The notes under the pieces are model-generated. The model ran no database searches. It worked only from the letters and a program-made list of their open reading frames with translations, and was not told the origin of the DNA. A stretch of DNA of 64,000 bases from Candidatus Borrarchaeum weybense (lineage in GTDB: Archaea; Asgardarchaeota; Sifarchaeia; Borrarchaeales; Borrarchaeaceae). Shown piece by piece: positions 48,422 through 59,900 of the stretch (position 1 is the first letter of the stretch; the number at the start of each line of letters is the position of its first letter). The stretch covers positions 352,001 to 416,000 of the forward strand of contig JAHQJS010000004.1 in NCBI GenBank assembly GCA_019057385.1. Reading direction: 5' to 3'. The position numbers were made by a program, and so were the translations under genes.

Positions 48422-49037
48422 TAACGAGTTGTTCAATATCTTCTCCTAATCTGTCTACAACTCAAATGGAGCATTACACTATATATGAGACAATATAGCA
48501 ACTCGGAGAATCTATGATCCTGCAAATCATCATAATTCATATCAGATACCTAACAGTAGAACAAAAAATAGGATACGAAAATTTGTAGGTATAGCCATAA
48601 AAAGTAATGGGGCGCAAAGTTTTCCTAAAAACGTCAAACTCATAATATTAACCCTGGCGGAATAAGGTAAAGAGATTGACGTGTATGGAGGCGCCGATTC
48701 ATTTCGGCAAACAATACTGAGTAAGCATTGAAAAATTATCTTTCTCAGACAGTAGGCATTGATATAGATGATAAATGACTTTCAATGTAGTCTCCCCCAA
48801 TTTAAAAGAAAGGGAATCCAAAATATATTATGGTAAAAAATAACAAGAAAATGAAGAGAAACTAATAATGAATTATAAAGAAATTATTGGGACTTAAGTA
48901 ATAGTTTGATTAATTTCTTGCCTATTATATTATTTGAATGCTTTAGCGATACGTTATCCTTAAATACTTCCTTTGAAAAAGATCTTGATCAAAATTAATA
49001 TACCTACTAATATTGGAATAACGGGGGGTTATGTCAC

Positions 49038-49427
49038 ATGAATTCAATTCAATTACTAAAGTTAATTGAAAAGTGTGGATCCATTAGTGGTCGAAAAAGA
49101 CTCCAAAAGCTTGTTTTCATCTCAAAAGAAAAGCATAACGTTCCTTTTGAATATAATTTCATTTTACACCTTTTTGGACCTTATTCTTCTGATTTGCAAA
49201 ATGATCTCTCCTTTCTTGTTGATATCGGATTCATAAAAGAAATACCACCAACTCAAGAAATTGAACCATATTTTTATGAATTAACAGACGATGGCAGGAG
49301 ATTTTGTGAAAAAAAAACATTAGATTCGTCTACAGAACAACAATTAACCGATGTTGTTGCAGAACTGTGCAATATTTCAACTGAGGAATTAGTACATATG
49401 TCATATCAGTTATTTTCATCGAAGTAA
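49038..49427 (+). CDS. YwgA-like winged-helix protein
   Basis: ISGRKRLQKLVF, YNF....FGPYSSDL..DL..L...G.I.E and YELT..G motifs. Confidence 0.78.
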   Translation: MNSIQLLKLIEKCGSISGRKRLQKLVFISKEKHNVPFEYNFILHLFGPYSSDLQNDLSFLVDIGFIKEIPPTQEIEPYFYELTDDGRRFCEKKTLDSSTEQQLTDVVAELCNISTEELVHMSYQLFSSK

Positions 49428-51020
49428 ATATTTCTCTTCAAATATGCGTTTAATCTTATCCCTTTTTTCTCTTGGCGAAAAAACGAGTATTTTTTCCGAT
49501 ATTTTACTCCTAATACGAAGCAGTTCACGTATAGGCTCTGCAACTGGCTCGTACGCAATACTTTCTGGGAAAAATCTCCCATTTTCCACTTTTAAAATGG
49601 GAATTCTCTGTTCGATCTCTCTGAGTTGTTTTGCCCTATTTGGTAAGTTGTCTATAATTACATCGCCCTTTACAATTCCTTCTTCTTCGGAAAACGAATC
49701 TTCAATCCATTTATTTAATGCGAAGGGTTCCTTACTATCTCTTAGTTCAGTAACTTTGTCTCTTGCATCAATAGATAGAGCACCCAACGTAGTTTCATAA
49801 GCTTTAACATACAAGCGTCTATTTCTAATTCGAGTACATAAGTCATATACAAGTTCAGAATCGCTATTTTCTAACCATTGAAGAAAACCTTTGTCATTCA
49901 TTGAAAGGTATACGGCGCAAAATTCTTCCTTATTCCAGTCTTCAGTCTCGATTTTCTCATAGATTGCTCTTTGTAACATTTTTTCAGCGCTTCTTACAGT
50001 TTTATGAAAATATACTCGATCATACATCCAATCTCTTGCTAGAACAAAGCTTTCAAAGGCACTAAATCCCTTTTCGCGTATAACAAAATGATATCTTTTT
50101 TCTCCTTCAAATTCTCTTTCTATAAAGGCTAATGATGCTATAAGTCTGTTGATATCAAAATATCCTAAGTGTACTCCTGTATTATGGGTGTCTCTCAATA
50201 AATACTCCATTCGATCAATGTCAAGTGGTGAGGAAATTAGATCTCTTATTAATCTCAGTGGTGCTTCATCGCAACCCTTTCCTTTAATGATTTCTACAAC
50301 TTCAGAAGAATCAATGTCTATCGCATGCAACGCTCTTTTTACCCCATGATCTATCATTAATTCGGAAAAAACTTCATGATTTCCCCAGTTAAGATTTTTC
50401 AGGACAAACTCACCAGCATGGCTAAAAGGACCATGTCCAACATCATGAAGAATTGCAACAGCTTTAAAGAGGTTGCTAAATTCTTTTTCTAAGAATTCTT
50501 CTAGTTTTACAGGCGGTTCTCCTTCAACTCTTACATTCACTTTTTTAAGCATCAAATCAGTGAGATATTTTGTACCTAGAACGTGTGCGAATCTTGTGTG
50601 AGTCGCATTTGGATACACTAGATGTGCCATTCCCAGTTGACAAAAACCTCTTAATCTTTGTATTTCGTATGTGTCGATAAGTACCCTTTCCCATGGTTCC
50701 AAAGCAATATTTCCGAAAATAGGGTCATTAACATAGAGCTCTTTGAATCTCTCCTTTTCTAAAAGTTCGCATTCTTTTAGATAACAGTTGTATTGCTTGA
50801 TGAAATGTCCTTTTTTTATATTTGGATTTGATACACTTAGTCTTCCATTGATAACGTCCATCTGTTCTTTTGCGGAGGAATCAAGAGGCGTTTGTGTATC
50901 AATTATTCCTTGAAGGAAATTTTGATCTCCTGGACTTAAATTTTCAATGTCGCAATCTCTCAATTTAAACATCCTTGCAATCTTAAAGCGATTTTTATCA
51001 AAAGGTGCTGATTCGCTCAC
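49416..51020 (-). CDS. HD-domain phosphohydrolase, SAMHD1/YwfO-like dNTP triphosphohydrolase family
   Basis: DPIFG.I, QRLR...QLG.A..VYP.ATHTRF.H.LG, LHDVGHGPFSH, HE, DIDRM.YL.RD and R..MY..VYFHK motifs. Confidence 0.92.
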   Translation of the reverse strand: MSESAPFDKNRFKIARMFKLRDCDIENLSPGDQNFLQGIIDTQTPLDSSAKEQMDVINGRLSVSNPNIKKGHFIKQYNCYLKECELLEKERFKELYVNDPIFGNIALEPWERVLIDTYEIQRLRGFCQLGMAHLVYPNATHTRFAHVLGTKYLTDLMLKKVNVRVEGEPPVKLEEFLEKEFSNLFKAVAILHDVGHGPFSHAGEFVLKNLNWGNHEVFSELMIDHGVKRALHAIDIDSSEVVEIIKGKGCDEAPLRLIRDLISSPLDIDRMEYLLRDTHNTGVHLGYFDINRLIASLAFIEREFEGEKRYHFVIREKGFSAFESFVLARDWMYDRVYFHKTVRSAEKMLQRAIYEKIETEDWNKEEFCAVYLSMNDKGFLQWLENSDSELVYDLCTRIRNRRLYVKAYETTLGALSIDARDKVTELRDSKEPFALNKWIEDSFSEEEGIVKGDVIIDNLPNRAKQLREIEQRIPILKVENGRFFPESIAYEPVAEPIRELLRIRSKISEKILVFSPREKRDKIKRIFEEKYLLR

Positions 51021-51078
51021 ATTTATCCCTTTTCCTTAATTCATTAGAACCAAAACCAAAACCAAAACAGTACAGCTA

Positions 51079-51786
51079 TTACATTTTAATGTTTCCTGAT
51101 ATTTTATAAACGGCGATCTCTTGTTCTTTTCTCTCGACTTTGTCTTTTTTAATAATTCTAAATCCTCTCCTATCCCTCGCTAGAATCATATCTTCAGGCA
51201 AATTGCTAAAGATGCTGAGAATGCTATGTTGTTTTAGAGGTTCTTCACTTTGCAAACTCGCAAATGAATAGAATAGTTCTTTTCGTTGTTTTAATTCATG
51301 TAAAATTTGCTCTCTAAATTTATCTATTAAATCCGAAGTAATTAAAATCCCTGTATCATACTCAGGCAAATTAGTGCTCAGTATAGATTCAATATGAACT
51401 TCTTCAAGTTTGAACTCCAAATTTGTTAAGAAAGGAGGATTTACACGGATAGTTAGTGTACCGCTGGGATAGTGATGAGATCGAACTAGTTCTCCTATTT
51501 GGGAGATAATTATTGCCTGAATGTCCTGTTTATCTAAAGAATTAATTACACCATATTCAAGCATAAAATAGTGAATTGTTCTAAGAAAAGCCTGATAAAT
51601 ATGCAAAAGTTGACGGAAAGTATGCCCTTCTTCAAGAAGCTCAACCTGATCTAAGATCTTCTTAATTTCCTGTAACATCTTCTCGATTTCTTCGATAGAC
51701 AGCTGGCTAGAATGTTGACACATCTCTCTAAGGGCTTCTTCAATTTCGTTCATTCTGTCCCATAATTCTAATTCTGAGTGCGACAA
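51079..51786 (-). CDS. Hypothetical protein, possible ScpA/kleisin-like subunit
   Basis: Helical N-terminus, and a C-terminal segment (ILHEL...FYSFASL....SILSIFSNL) loosely resembling the kleisin C-terminal winged helix. Kleisin-sized, and last in an operon after the kite-like gene. Confidence 0.4.
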   Translation of the reverse strand: MSHSELELWDRMNEIEEALREMCQHSSQLSIEEIEKMLQEIKKILDQVELLEEGHTFRQLLHIYQAFLRTIHYFMLEYGVINSLDKQDIQAIIISQIGELVRSHHYPSGTLTIRVNPPFLTNLEFKLEEVHIESILSTNLPEYDTGILITSDLIDKFREQILHELKQRKELFYSFASLQSEEPLKQHSILSIFSNLPEDMILARDRRGFRIIKKDKVERKEQEIAVYKISGNIKM

Positions 51787-51816
51787 TAATATGTAGCCTC
51801 CAAATTACGTGATCTA

Positions 51817-52407
51817 TTATTGTCCAGGCGGTAGAGATGCTTCAACTTCTGTTCCGATAAGAAGAGTATTTCGGATCATGGAGGTAATTTTGGAGATCCC
51901 CTCTTCATCAAATTCGAGAAAGAACGTTGGACCATACTCAAAGCGTAATGGATTGGTACTTGGTTTATAGAGTAACCCCCGTGAAACTAAGAATTCTACA
52001 TGATTGCGGATTTTCGAGATAATCACTGCCCCTTCGCGCAGTTCCTTTTCTAGTTCACTCCACAGTACAGGTTCTTTACGCTGCTCTCTTAACGTAATAA
52101 AAACCCCTAGAACAAAGGCTTGTGATTCACTGAGATAAGATCCAAGTTTTTGTTGAGAAATACAAGTAAGATAATAGTTGTTATCATAACTATAAATCTG
52201 TAGGGTGAATTCGAGGAGAGTAAGGCGCTTTTGGAGATGTTCAAGCAGTTGGCGTAGTATTTTAGGGGTTTTGCATGCTTCTTGTAGGGGTTGTAATGGA
52301 ATTCCTCGAAGTACTGTGATAATTTGTTGATTCTTATCACGAATAATGGTTTCTCTAAATAATAGGGGGATTATGGTTCTGATTAGGAGTTTTTCTGTAA
52401 AGGTCAT
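51817..52407 (-). CDS. Tandem winged-helix kite-like protein (ScpB/Nse3/JetB-like)
   Basis: LLEHLQKRL...EFTLQI....NNYYL, LSESQAFVLGVF, PVLWSELE, HVEFLVSRGLL and FEYGPTFFLEF match the ScpB/MAGE layout. Confidence 0.6.
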   Translation of the reverse strand: MTFTEKLLIRTIIPLLFRETIIRDKNQQIITVLRGIPLQPLQEACKTPKILRQLLEHLQKRLTLLEFTLQIYSYDNNYYLTCISQQKLGSYLSESQAFVLGVFITLREQRKEPVLWSELEKELREGAVIISKIRNHVEFLVSRGLLYKPSTNPLRFEYGPTFFLEFDEEGISKITSMIRNTLLIGTEVEASLPPGQ

Positions 52408-53210
52408 GCGCTCACCTCAGTTAACGCTCCAACACGTATCCAATTCTCTTTAAAAGCATCACCAAGCGTTTTGTGGCTACGGGGAAGTCTAACTGTGAGA
52501 TCAATAATCTCATAGTCATGATATTGTTTTAAGAGCATGTCAACAGCCTTAATTTTTGAGAAATCAAAGTATGATGCAATATATCCTGCAGGTGGGTAAT
52601 ATATTGTCATCATAGGTAAACTATAATGCCCAGTGATAAGTTTGGGACGGATGTCCACTGTATAAGATTTTTCTGGGTTCTGGAAGTTGTTTATTACACA
52701 GAGGTAGGAGTATAGTGTAGTCTGTACTAAATCCTCGATCTGCCACATAGGTGGCTTAAGCAAATTGCTTTTTACTTCGAGAATCCTGTGGATACCCCCA
52801 AGTTGATAATAACAGTCTGCCTGTCCAGTAATAATAAGAAGATCAGGAATCCAATATTCTTCAGAGAGTTGAACTGACCATCTTTGAGGTGCTGGTGACG
52901 ATGAGGGTAGCAACTCAATATGCGCCCTAATATACTCAGGCAACTCTTTAGTTAGGAAATGTAGCATGTATTCTTGTGGAACGCCTGCACTTAACAAGAA
53001 ATCTACCAAAGCACTTCTCTGTAGATATTTGAAAACATCTTTTGGTTGAAGTTTTTGAGTTAAGATCTGAACGAAAATGTCTTCAACTAATCTTCCCCAC
53101 ATGCCTTGTACATGCCGAGGGTATGCCACACTCTCTTTTCGAGTATGAAAATGATAGGTGTTCTGAAGAAACGAACGTAAAGCGCTAACCGTGACGTTTT
53201 GAAGAATCAT
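52404..53210 (-). CDS. PD-(D/E)XK (Cas4/RecB-like) nuclease
   Basis: WGRLVE, IITGQADC, ILEVKS and QTTLYSYL (RecB-type motifs). No Cas4 Fe-S cysteine cluster. Confidence 0.75.
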   Translation of the reverse strand: MILQNVTVSALRSFLQNTYHFHTRKESVAYPRHVQGMWGRLVEDIFVQILTQKLQPKDVFKYLQRSALVDFLLSAGVPQEYMLHFLTKELPEYIRAHIELLPSSSPAPQRWSVQLSEEYWIPDLLIITGQADCYYQLGGIHRILEVKSNLLKPPMWQIEDLVQTTLYSYLCVINNFQNPEKSYTVDIRPKLITGHYSLPMMTIYYPPAGYIASYFDFSKIKAVDMLLKQYHDYEIIDLTVRLPRSHKTLGDAFKENWIRVGALTEVSA

Positions 53211-54430
53211 ATCTCAGTTCTCCCATAGGCTCTTCTATAGAAGCGTTCAATTTCTCTATAAGACCCTAACGTTTGGTCAGTTAGAGGTTCACGATGATAA
53301 TGATATGCTAATTGTAAAATGTCAGCTTCGGTGCTGTATACGGTTTTTTGAGAAGATCCATTTAAAGCTTGGAATGTGTACTTAGACAGTTCCTCAATTA
53401 GGTGTTTAACCATGTTTTCTGTGCTGTCGTAAAGTTTATTCAGATGGTAAAGATTTTTCTTCTGAAAGGTCTTTGTATGGTTTTTGCGGGCCTTAACAAG
53501 CCTTTTTAGCAAATTTGAGGTGTTATAGACGCCTTCAAGACGGTTTTTCCATTCATTTAGAGCGTTCTTAAAGGCTTCATCCTTTGATTTAGCGATCAGT
53601 TCTGATACTTCGGGAGCAGGATTAATATCTTTTCGAGCTGCATATTGAATTTGATATCCTATAGCTGCTTCAACGGTTTTATAATCGAAACTGCTAAACT
53701 TCATTGTTAATTCTTCGATCAGAGCTTTTAAATCTCGAATCATGTGTAAATTTAGTAATTCCAGCCTTATAAATTCGTAGAATCGCTTCAGTTGTTGATC
53801 TGGGAGCGTAAGAATTTTCTCATACCCTTCCATGTAGAACTGAAGGTAGTTCTTTTTTGAATCTGAGTCCGTAAGGAACTCAATTAAACGATATGGCTCC
53901 TCTTCTAGGACAACTTGTCTACCACGGTCTGTTTTTTCTTTGAAAAACATCAAATTTAAAGTCATATTTTTTAACGCTTTGAAGGCACGATACCCACTTG
54001 GTCGAGGCAGTCCAACTACTGAAATCAAATATGCTGGAGAATATCGATATGTCATATATCTATGCTGACTATTCCTTACTGGTGGAATGAGTAAATCTTC
54101 TTTTGATACAAGGTTGTACGTTTCCTTATCTGCTTTGAGGATTGGTGATAGAACTCCGATTAATTTTAGATCCTGTAATATCCTTGGTTCTTGGTTAAAA
54201 TCAACTGGAAACTCGTCTCTATTCAAAGGTATGACATAATCACGTTGATTTTTAACGAGGAAACCTAGTAACTCAGGAAAATTAACGTTAATATTGAAAA
54301 ATACTTCTGCAGCAAGCATCATGCCTCCAAAAATAAGGCGTGTAGACTTTTGGGCCATAACGCCATTAATATAGTCTTGAACTGCGCGAATTCTCGTTTT
54401 TTCATCTTTTTTGGTAATTTTACTAGGCAT
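53207..54430 (-). CDS. Hypothetical protein (helical C-terminal half)
   Basis: 407-aa ORF overlapping both neighbours (ATGA overlap with the nuclease gene). No family recognised. Confidence 0.7.
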   Translation of the reverse strand: MPSKITKKDEKTRIRAVQDYINGVMAQKSTRLIFGGMMLAAEVFFNINVNFPELLGFLVKNQRDYVIPLNRDEFPVDFNQEPRILQDLKLIGVLSPILKADKETYNLVSKEDLLIPPVRNSQHRYMTYRYSPAYLISVVGLPRPSGYRAFKALKNMTLNLMFFKEKTDRGRQVVLEEEPYRLIEFLTDSDSKKNYLQFYMEGYEKILTLPDQQLKRFYEFIRLELLNLHMIRDLKALIEELTMKFSSFDYKTVEAAIGYQIQYAARKDINPAPEVSELIAKSKDEAFKNALNEWKNRLEGVYNTSNLLKRLVKARKNHTKTFQKKNLYHLNKLYDSTENMVKHLIEELSKYTFQALNGSSQKTVYSTEADILQLAYHYHREPLTDQTLGSYREIERFYRRAYGRTEI

Positions 54431-55850
54431 TTACTTCCACATCCTCTTTATATTTTATGAAATGATTATAATAAGCCTCCTGAACGTTCTTATAAATCTT
54501 ACAGAGATGATATTCACTAGATATTCTGGGATAACGGTGATCGGCATGAAGGAAGTTGGTATAGAAAACTCCATTAACTTGCCATGCAAGAAAAGATCTT
54601 AATTTTTTATCACTGGTAAAGACTGAAGAGAACCGTTCTTTTGCCATTGAACTGAAAATACGTGAAATAAGAAGTCCTAAGCCCCAGATTAACTGTCGGA
54701 ATCTTATGGTACTCGTTGAAAAACGCGAAATCAGGCGCCGTGCATCTTTACTTGCTTGCTGTGCCCCTTGCTCTAGATGATCAGTTACAATAACTGCAGC
54801 GAAATAAATCGCTAAATAGGCACTCCAACTTGTCACAAATGCGCTTGAAAGCATTCCACGGACATATCCATGAATAAGAAGTGCTGTAGTTAGAGTTTTT
54901 ACGTCATATTGATCAATAAAGTCTTTTAAAACCTCTGGAAGGCGAATCCATAATGTTGAAGAAGCGCCAGAATCTGGCGGTTCATCTGTACTTGGCTTAT
55001 GGGTGCTTCTAATGGAAATAATGCCGAAATCCTGCAGCCTCGTCCTCAGAGTATCTTCCCGAGTTTCTTTTGTAAGTGCTTCCAGTAATGGAATTTCTTG
55101 AGCATCTACCCAGTCAAACCATTGATTCACATCTGCGATTGTACCTCGCTCTGGGTCTTCTTCATCCTCATCTATGTCATTTTGGCGTGCTCGATCATCT
55201 ATATGTTCGATAATGGCATTAAGATACTGTTTCCATCGATGAGGATCACCTCCAGGTGAACCCGGTTGGTCATGAGCCAAGGGTACACTAGTTGTCATAT
55301 CTAGACGCGGTCTTTCCTCTGAACGCATGATACGCGAGAAAGATTCCAGCAGATCTTGATTTTTGATGATATATTCAAAAATCTCTCTATCATCTTTTGT
55401 TGGTTGTTTGATCCAGTTTACGTTCTTACGGGCGTTTATTAAGGCATCAGGCTCGATAATTTCATCCTTTGGGTCCACGTGATCTCCAAGTTTCCGATTC
55501 CAGAAGAATTGATTTCGTAAAACGTTGAAATATTTGGTTACATGCTCTGTGATTTTTTGTTTTTGGCAGTATTCTGTAAATTCTTGGTATATCTTGCTAT
55601 ATGGCTGTGCAGTAGGTGCTTTTTTAAATATAGCTTGAAATTTCTGGGCAAAATTATCGTATGCTTCTGATCTTCGCAATAAAGTAGAAAAAAAAGGTTT
55701 TAGCGGGTCATGTCCTTCTGATCTCTGTTTTCCTAGAGTAAACAAGGTGTACTGATAATTGCCAATTACTTGGTATAGTAAATATGGGATACTATCTGGA
55801 ATGCTCTTTCTCAATCTTAGGCTAAAGATGTTTGGATACGGTCTCACCAA
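54423..55850 (-). CDS. Hypothetical protein
   Basis: 475-aa ORF, first in the coupled operon, with an acidic loop (DIDEDEEDPE). No family recognised. Confidence 0.7.
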   Translation of the reverse strand: MVRPYPNIFSLRLRKSIPDSIPYLLYQVIGNYQYTLFTLGKQRSEGHDPLKPFFSTLLRRSEAYDNFAQKFQAIFKKAPTAQPYSKIYQEFTEYCQKQKITEHVTKYFNVLRNQFFWNRKLGDHVDPKDEIIEPDALINARKNVNWIKQPTKDDREIFEYIIKNQDLLESFSRIMRSEERPRLDMTTSVPLAHDQPGSPGGDPHRWKQYLNAIIEHIDDRARQNDIDEDEEDPERGTIADVNQWFDWVDAQEIPLLEALTKETREDTLRTRLQDFGIISIRSTHKPSTDEPPDSGASSTLWIRLPEVLKDFIDQYDVKTLTTALLIHGYVRGMLSSAFVTSWSAYLAIYFAAVIVTDHLEQGAQQASKDARRLISRFSTSTIRFRQLIWGLGLLISRIFSSMAKERFSSVFTSDKKLRSFLAWQVNGVFYTNFLHADHRYPRISSEYHLCKIYKNVQEAYYNHFIKYKEDVEVNA

Positions 55851-56046
55851 TCTCTATCACAACCTTAATCTTGTTTTTTCTTACTACAACGTGATGCTAT
55901 CCTAGATGGTTTCATGCTATTTCTCATATATTGTTTCTAGAATAAGAAAGTATTTATATCATAACTAGTCCATTACATATATCATGGATAGTTTCACCTA
56001 TATAAAGATATTGAAAGGAAATGCAGAAGCTTAAGAGGGATTCACA

Positions 56047-56976
56047 ATGGAATTTGAATACGGAGAGATTTATCCTTTTGACGAAGAAGGAGTTAACTAT
56101 TCTGGTACGAGTTGGTATGAACTGGTCGGGCTAGACACGGCAAAACAAAAACTTGAACAGTTTGTAAAGGCAATATTGCAGCAATCCTTTTTTGAAGATA
56201 CACGACTTCCCTTTAGACCCTCTATTCTTTTACAGGGTCCCCCTGGTACAGGAAAGACCGCTCTTACTCTTGCTTTTGGTCAAAAAGAAAAATTCCCCAT
56301 TATTATCTTGCTTACTACTAAAATTATCCGCGCAAAACTAGGTCAATCGGGGGAAAATCTAAGTAATGCCTTTGCGTACGTCAAAGATTATGCTATTCAG
56401 AGAAAAAAACCATTGATATTGTTCATCGATGAATTTGACTCTTTCGCTCGCCAACGGGATGACGTACAAGAAATAGGTGAGATTAAGCGGTTGGTTAATT
56501 CGTTATTAACTGAATTAGATGTTTTAATCGCCCAACATAAGAATATTATTCTCATTGCAGCTACTAATCATGCTAACACCATTGATAGGGCCGCATTCCG
56601 AAGATTTGCTATTCAAATTGATTTTACTATTCCAGCACCTGAGTTACGTCATCATATTTGGAGTGAGTTTCACCGTAGAATTCAGTTAAGAATTCCAGAG
56701 TGTAAGTGGGATCTTGACACATTAGTGGAACGAACTGAAGGATATACTGCAGCTGATATCGAGCGTATCGTTCTTAGCGCAGCTATCGAATACATACATC
56801 AGGATCTCGACACAATCAATACGGAATTGCTTCTCCAACAATTAAGGTATGTGACACCCACATCCAAGCACATGGGCAAGGAAGAATTGTCTGATCTTTT
56901 AGACCTAGATAGTATTGATCTCCGCAAGATTAAAGGAATTACCGATGGATTTAAGACTCAAGCAAGTCGTTTATAA
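56047..56976 (+). CDS. AAA+ ATPase (CDC48/FtsH-type single module)
   Basis: Walker A GPPGTGKT, Walker B LFIDEFD, GEIKRLVNSLL, AATNH and the arginine finger DRAAFRRF. Confidence 0.93.
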   Translation: MEFEYGEIYPFDEEGVNYSGTSWYELVGLDTAKQKLEQFVKAILQQSFFEDTRLPFRPSILLQGPPGTGKTALTLAFGQKEKFPIIILLTTKIIRAKLGQSGENLSNAFAYVKDYAIQRKKPLILFIDEFDSFARQRDDVQEIGEIKRLVNSLLTELDVLIAQHKNIILIAATNHANTIDRAAFRRFAIQIDFTIPAPELRHHIWSEFHRRIQLRIPECKWDLDTLVERTEGYTAADIERIVLSAAIEYIHQDLDTINTELLLQQLRYVTPTSKHMGKEELSDLLDLDSIDLRKIKGITDGFKTQASRL

Positions 56977-59900
56977 CTCTCTTTTGTGGAAAGTAACGGA
57001 CGCCAAGAGTATGAGTTCAAAAGAAAGCTTAAAAACAGCGAACTTCCAAGACATGTATCTGGTTTTAAAAGCTGTCGAAGTAAACAATTTCGGAATACAT
57101 AAGCATTTAACAATGTCCTTTGAGAAACCTATCAACTTAATTGTTGGGGCAAACGCAGTTGGAAAAACTACACTCTTAGATGCTGTTAGCATTGCTTTAG
57201 GTGGAGAGAGTGATCGCTACGGGACTCTCAAAGATTTAGTAGGTTATGTTGGACCCGCGGGAGACAAAGCTTCAGTAACAGTGTACTTGAGAAATCCGTC
57301 TAATGAGAACAAAAATCACCCACTTGTTGACTATGGAATATATACGAACTACGTGAAAGAAGAATTAAAAATTGAGGTCACAATCACCCGAGATTCAGTT
57401 TACTGGCAAGTAAATGATCGACAAAAAAAGCATGGCCGACAAGAAATTCGGAAGATGCTTCAAAGTGCAACCATTCGGATAGATATGTCTGATGAGATTT
57501 TGTTTACACGTAAAGACACGATTGATAAGTTCATGAGCGGAAGTCCTGTCGAACAGTTCCAACAAATTCTCACTTCTCTTAAACTCGCGAACTTACAGGA
57601 AGATATCCAAAACACTCAAGGTGAAGTCAAGAATTTACAAAATAAACTCCCGGAATTAGATTATCGACGGAAAAGTCTTGAGAAGGATCTTGAAGTAGCT
57701 AAACAGTTGAAAGAACAATATGAGCGAAAGTTTGACTTATTAGACCAAAAAGCAAGATTAACAAACATCTTGAACTGGATAGAGTATAATGAATGGCAAA
57801 CACGACTAATAGAGTTAGATGAGCAGACAACTCTCTTAAAAAAAGATCTTGAGGAGTTACAACACGAATACCAAGAAATAGAAACTCAATCTAAGCAAAA
57901 CAAACGAAATGAGCAGTTATTACAAGACCAGCTAAACGAGATGCAAACAAGGCTGACAGATTTAACCCGCCAAAATGAGGAGAGACTCCGAAATATCGGC
58001 TTAATAAAAGAAGATATTGCTGGGAAGGAGGCGGAACACCGTATCAAAGATCAGTACCTTCAAGAAAATGTTCAAAGACAGGAAAATTTGCAAAAAATCT
58101 ACCAAGAAGAAATTATTAAAGGCTCTCTCTTGTCATTAGAAGATTGGAAGAATTCTAAACCATTAATTGAGGAAAAAAGACGTGCACTAAAAGACTTACA
58201 GCAAAAAGATATACAGGCACTACAGACATGCAATAGCCGGTTATCACATCTTGCCACACGGATCAAGCGGTATGATACGCAGGAAAATCAAATACTCAAT
58301 GAGTTAGCTAAACTGAATCAAACTGTAACAAGTGGAACAAAATTTAATGCTGGGGAACACCATGTATTAGCACTACGCCGAGCCTTGGATCAGCTTCTTT
58401 GGGGGAAAAAAGTTACAAAACCGCTATTTCAGGAGATTTTTATAAAACCTGATGGCGAACTCTGGGAAGGAGCCATAAATCATGCGCTTGGGGGATTGCG
58501 TTCATATGTTCTAGCTAAGGATGCGGCAACAATTAATCAATTGAGAGAGTACATGGAACAGAACAATTTCAGTGTTTGGGTCGCACGTTTACCCAAAATA
58601 GCAAATATTCCAACTAGATCACTACAATCTCTTCCTGAAAACTTAAAAGATCTTATAGTAGGCTGGATTGACGATTTTTTGGAGTTTGATGATCCATTTA
58701 TTGCTACCTATCTTTTAGCGAGAACTCGCGCACTTCTGGTAAAGAGTAATGCTTCCGCCACTGAACTCTTAGAACTGGCTAAAATAACGGGCGCAGACGT
58801 GTACACTGCGCAACCCTCGGTATTTAAACCTGATGGACGCTTCCGCACGAACGTCCGAACCTCCTACTCATTAGGAAAAAGAACTGATAATATCGAGAAA
58901 GTCATAGAACTTCAAACAAAATTAGAGCACATCAAAAATGAACGCGCAAAATTAATAGACCAGCGTTTAAAGATTCTTGAAAAAAAGGCAGAGCTTCAGG
59001 ATAAGCAAGCTCAATTGCAAGAACAAATCGATGCATTACAAGATCAAATCACTCACATGGCCAAGAAGGATCCTACATCGATACTGAAATCTATTGAAGA
59101 ACTAGACAAAACGATTAAGGAGCAACATAAAGAAATTGAGCGAATAGCAGAAGAGTTAGAAAGCACTAAGACTCGATTAAAGCCATTAACAGAGAATACC
59201 TTCATTGAGGAAATTAAATACCTTAATAATGAGATCCCTAAAATTCAAGAACAGATTGGGGGATATAGAACTCACGACCAAGTTCTTGAAAATCGTTTAA
59301 TTGAATTAAAGTCAAAAATTGAAACTATGAAAGCCGAATATCAAGATATTGAAAGAGATCTAGAGCTCCGCCGCAGTAAAGTTGCACAATATAAAGAAAG
59401 CTTGGTCGATCCTGCCCCAAAACGCCTTCCACCCAAAACAAAAGTTCTGAGAGAAATTTATGAAATTGATGGTGCTGTAAATCAAATCACAGCCACTGCT
59501 TATGATGTAGAGCAGTACGAGAAACTAGAGAAATATTATCAAGAAACAGGACAAGATATTGAGAGAGTTTCACAAGCACTAGATGAAACTAGACAGCAAC
59601 TTGAAGATTACTATCAAGAATGGAAACAACGAGTCAAGTTTGTTCTTCAACAGCTTCAGGATGTGGCGAACTTTTTACTATCTCCTTTCATTCAGGTTAG
59701 ATGCTCTACAACTAATTCCTTGGATATGAAACAGATTGGTCTAAAAGTAGAGTTTACTAACAAGACGAATGGAAACGAGAAATATGAACTTTATCATGTG
59801 GCTTCCGGTGGTGAGCGTGCTTTAATCACTCAATCATTGTTCTTAGCTTTACATACGCTGAATCGAAGTTCTCCTATCCACATTGTCGATGAATTTACTC

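Noticed and set aside
48422-49037. Long hairpin or guide-precursor locus downstream of ago
   Set aside because: Only short inverted repeats are visible (e.g. GAGTTGT/ACAACTC at 48426-48463), which is not beyond chance. A GKEIDVYG-coding fragment near 48665 is too short to call a nuclease remnant.
51048-51068. Short (ACCAAA)n tandem repeat between the HD and kleisin-like genes
   Set aside because: Only about three units; probably just a T-rich terminator-like tract on the minus strand.
52404-53210. Cas4 of a CRISPR-Cas locus
   Set aside because: It lacks the four-cysteine Fe-S motif, and no cas1, cas2 or effector genes are recognisable nearby.
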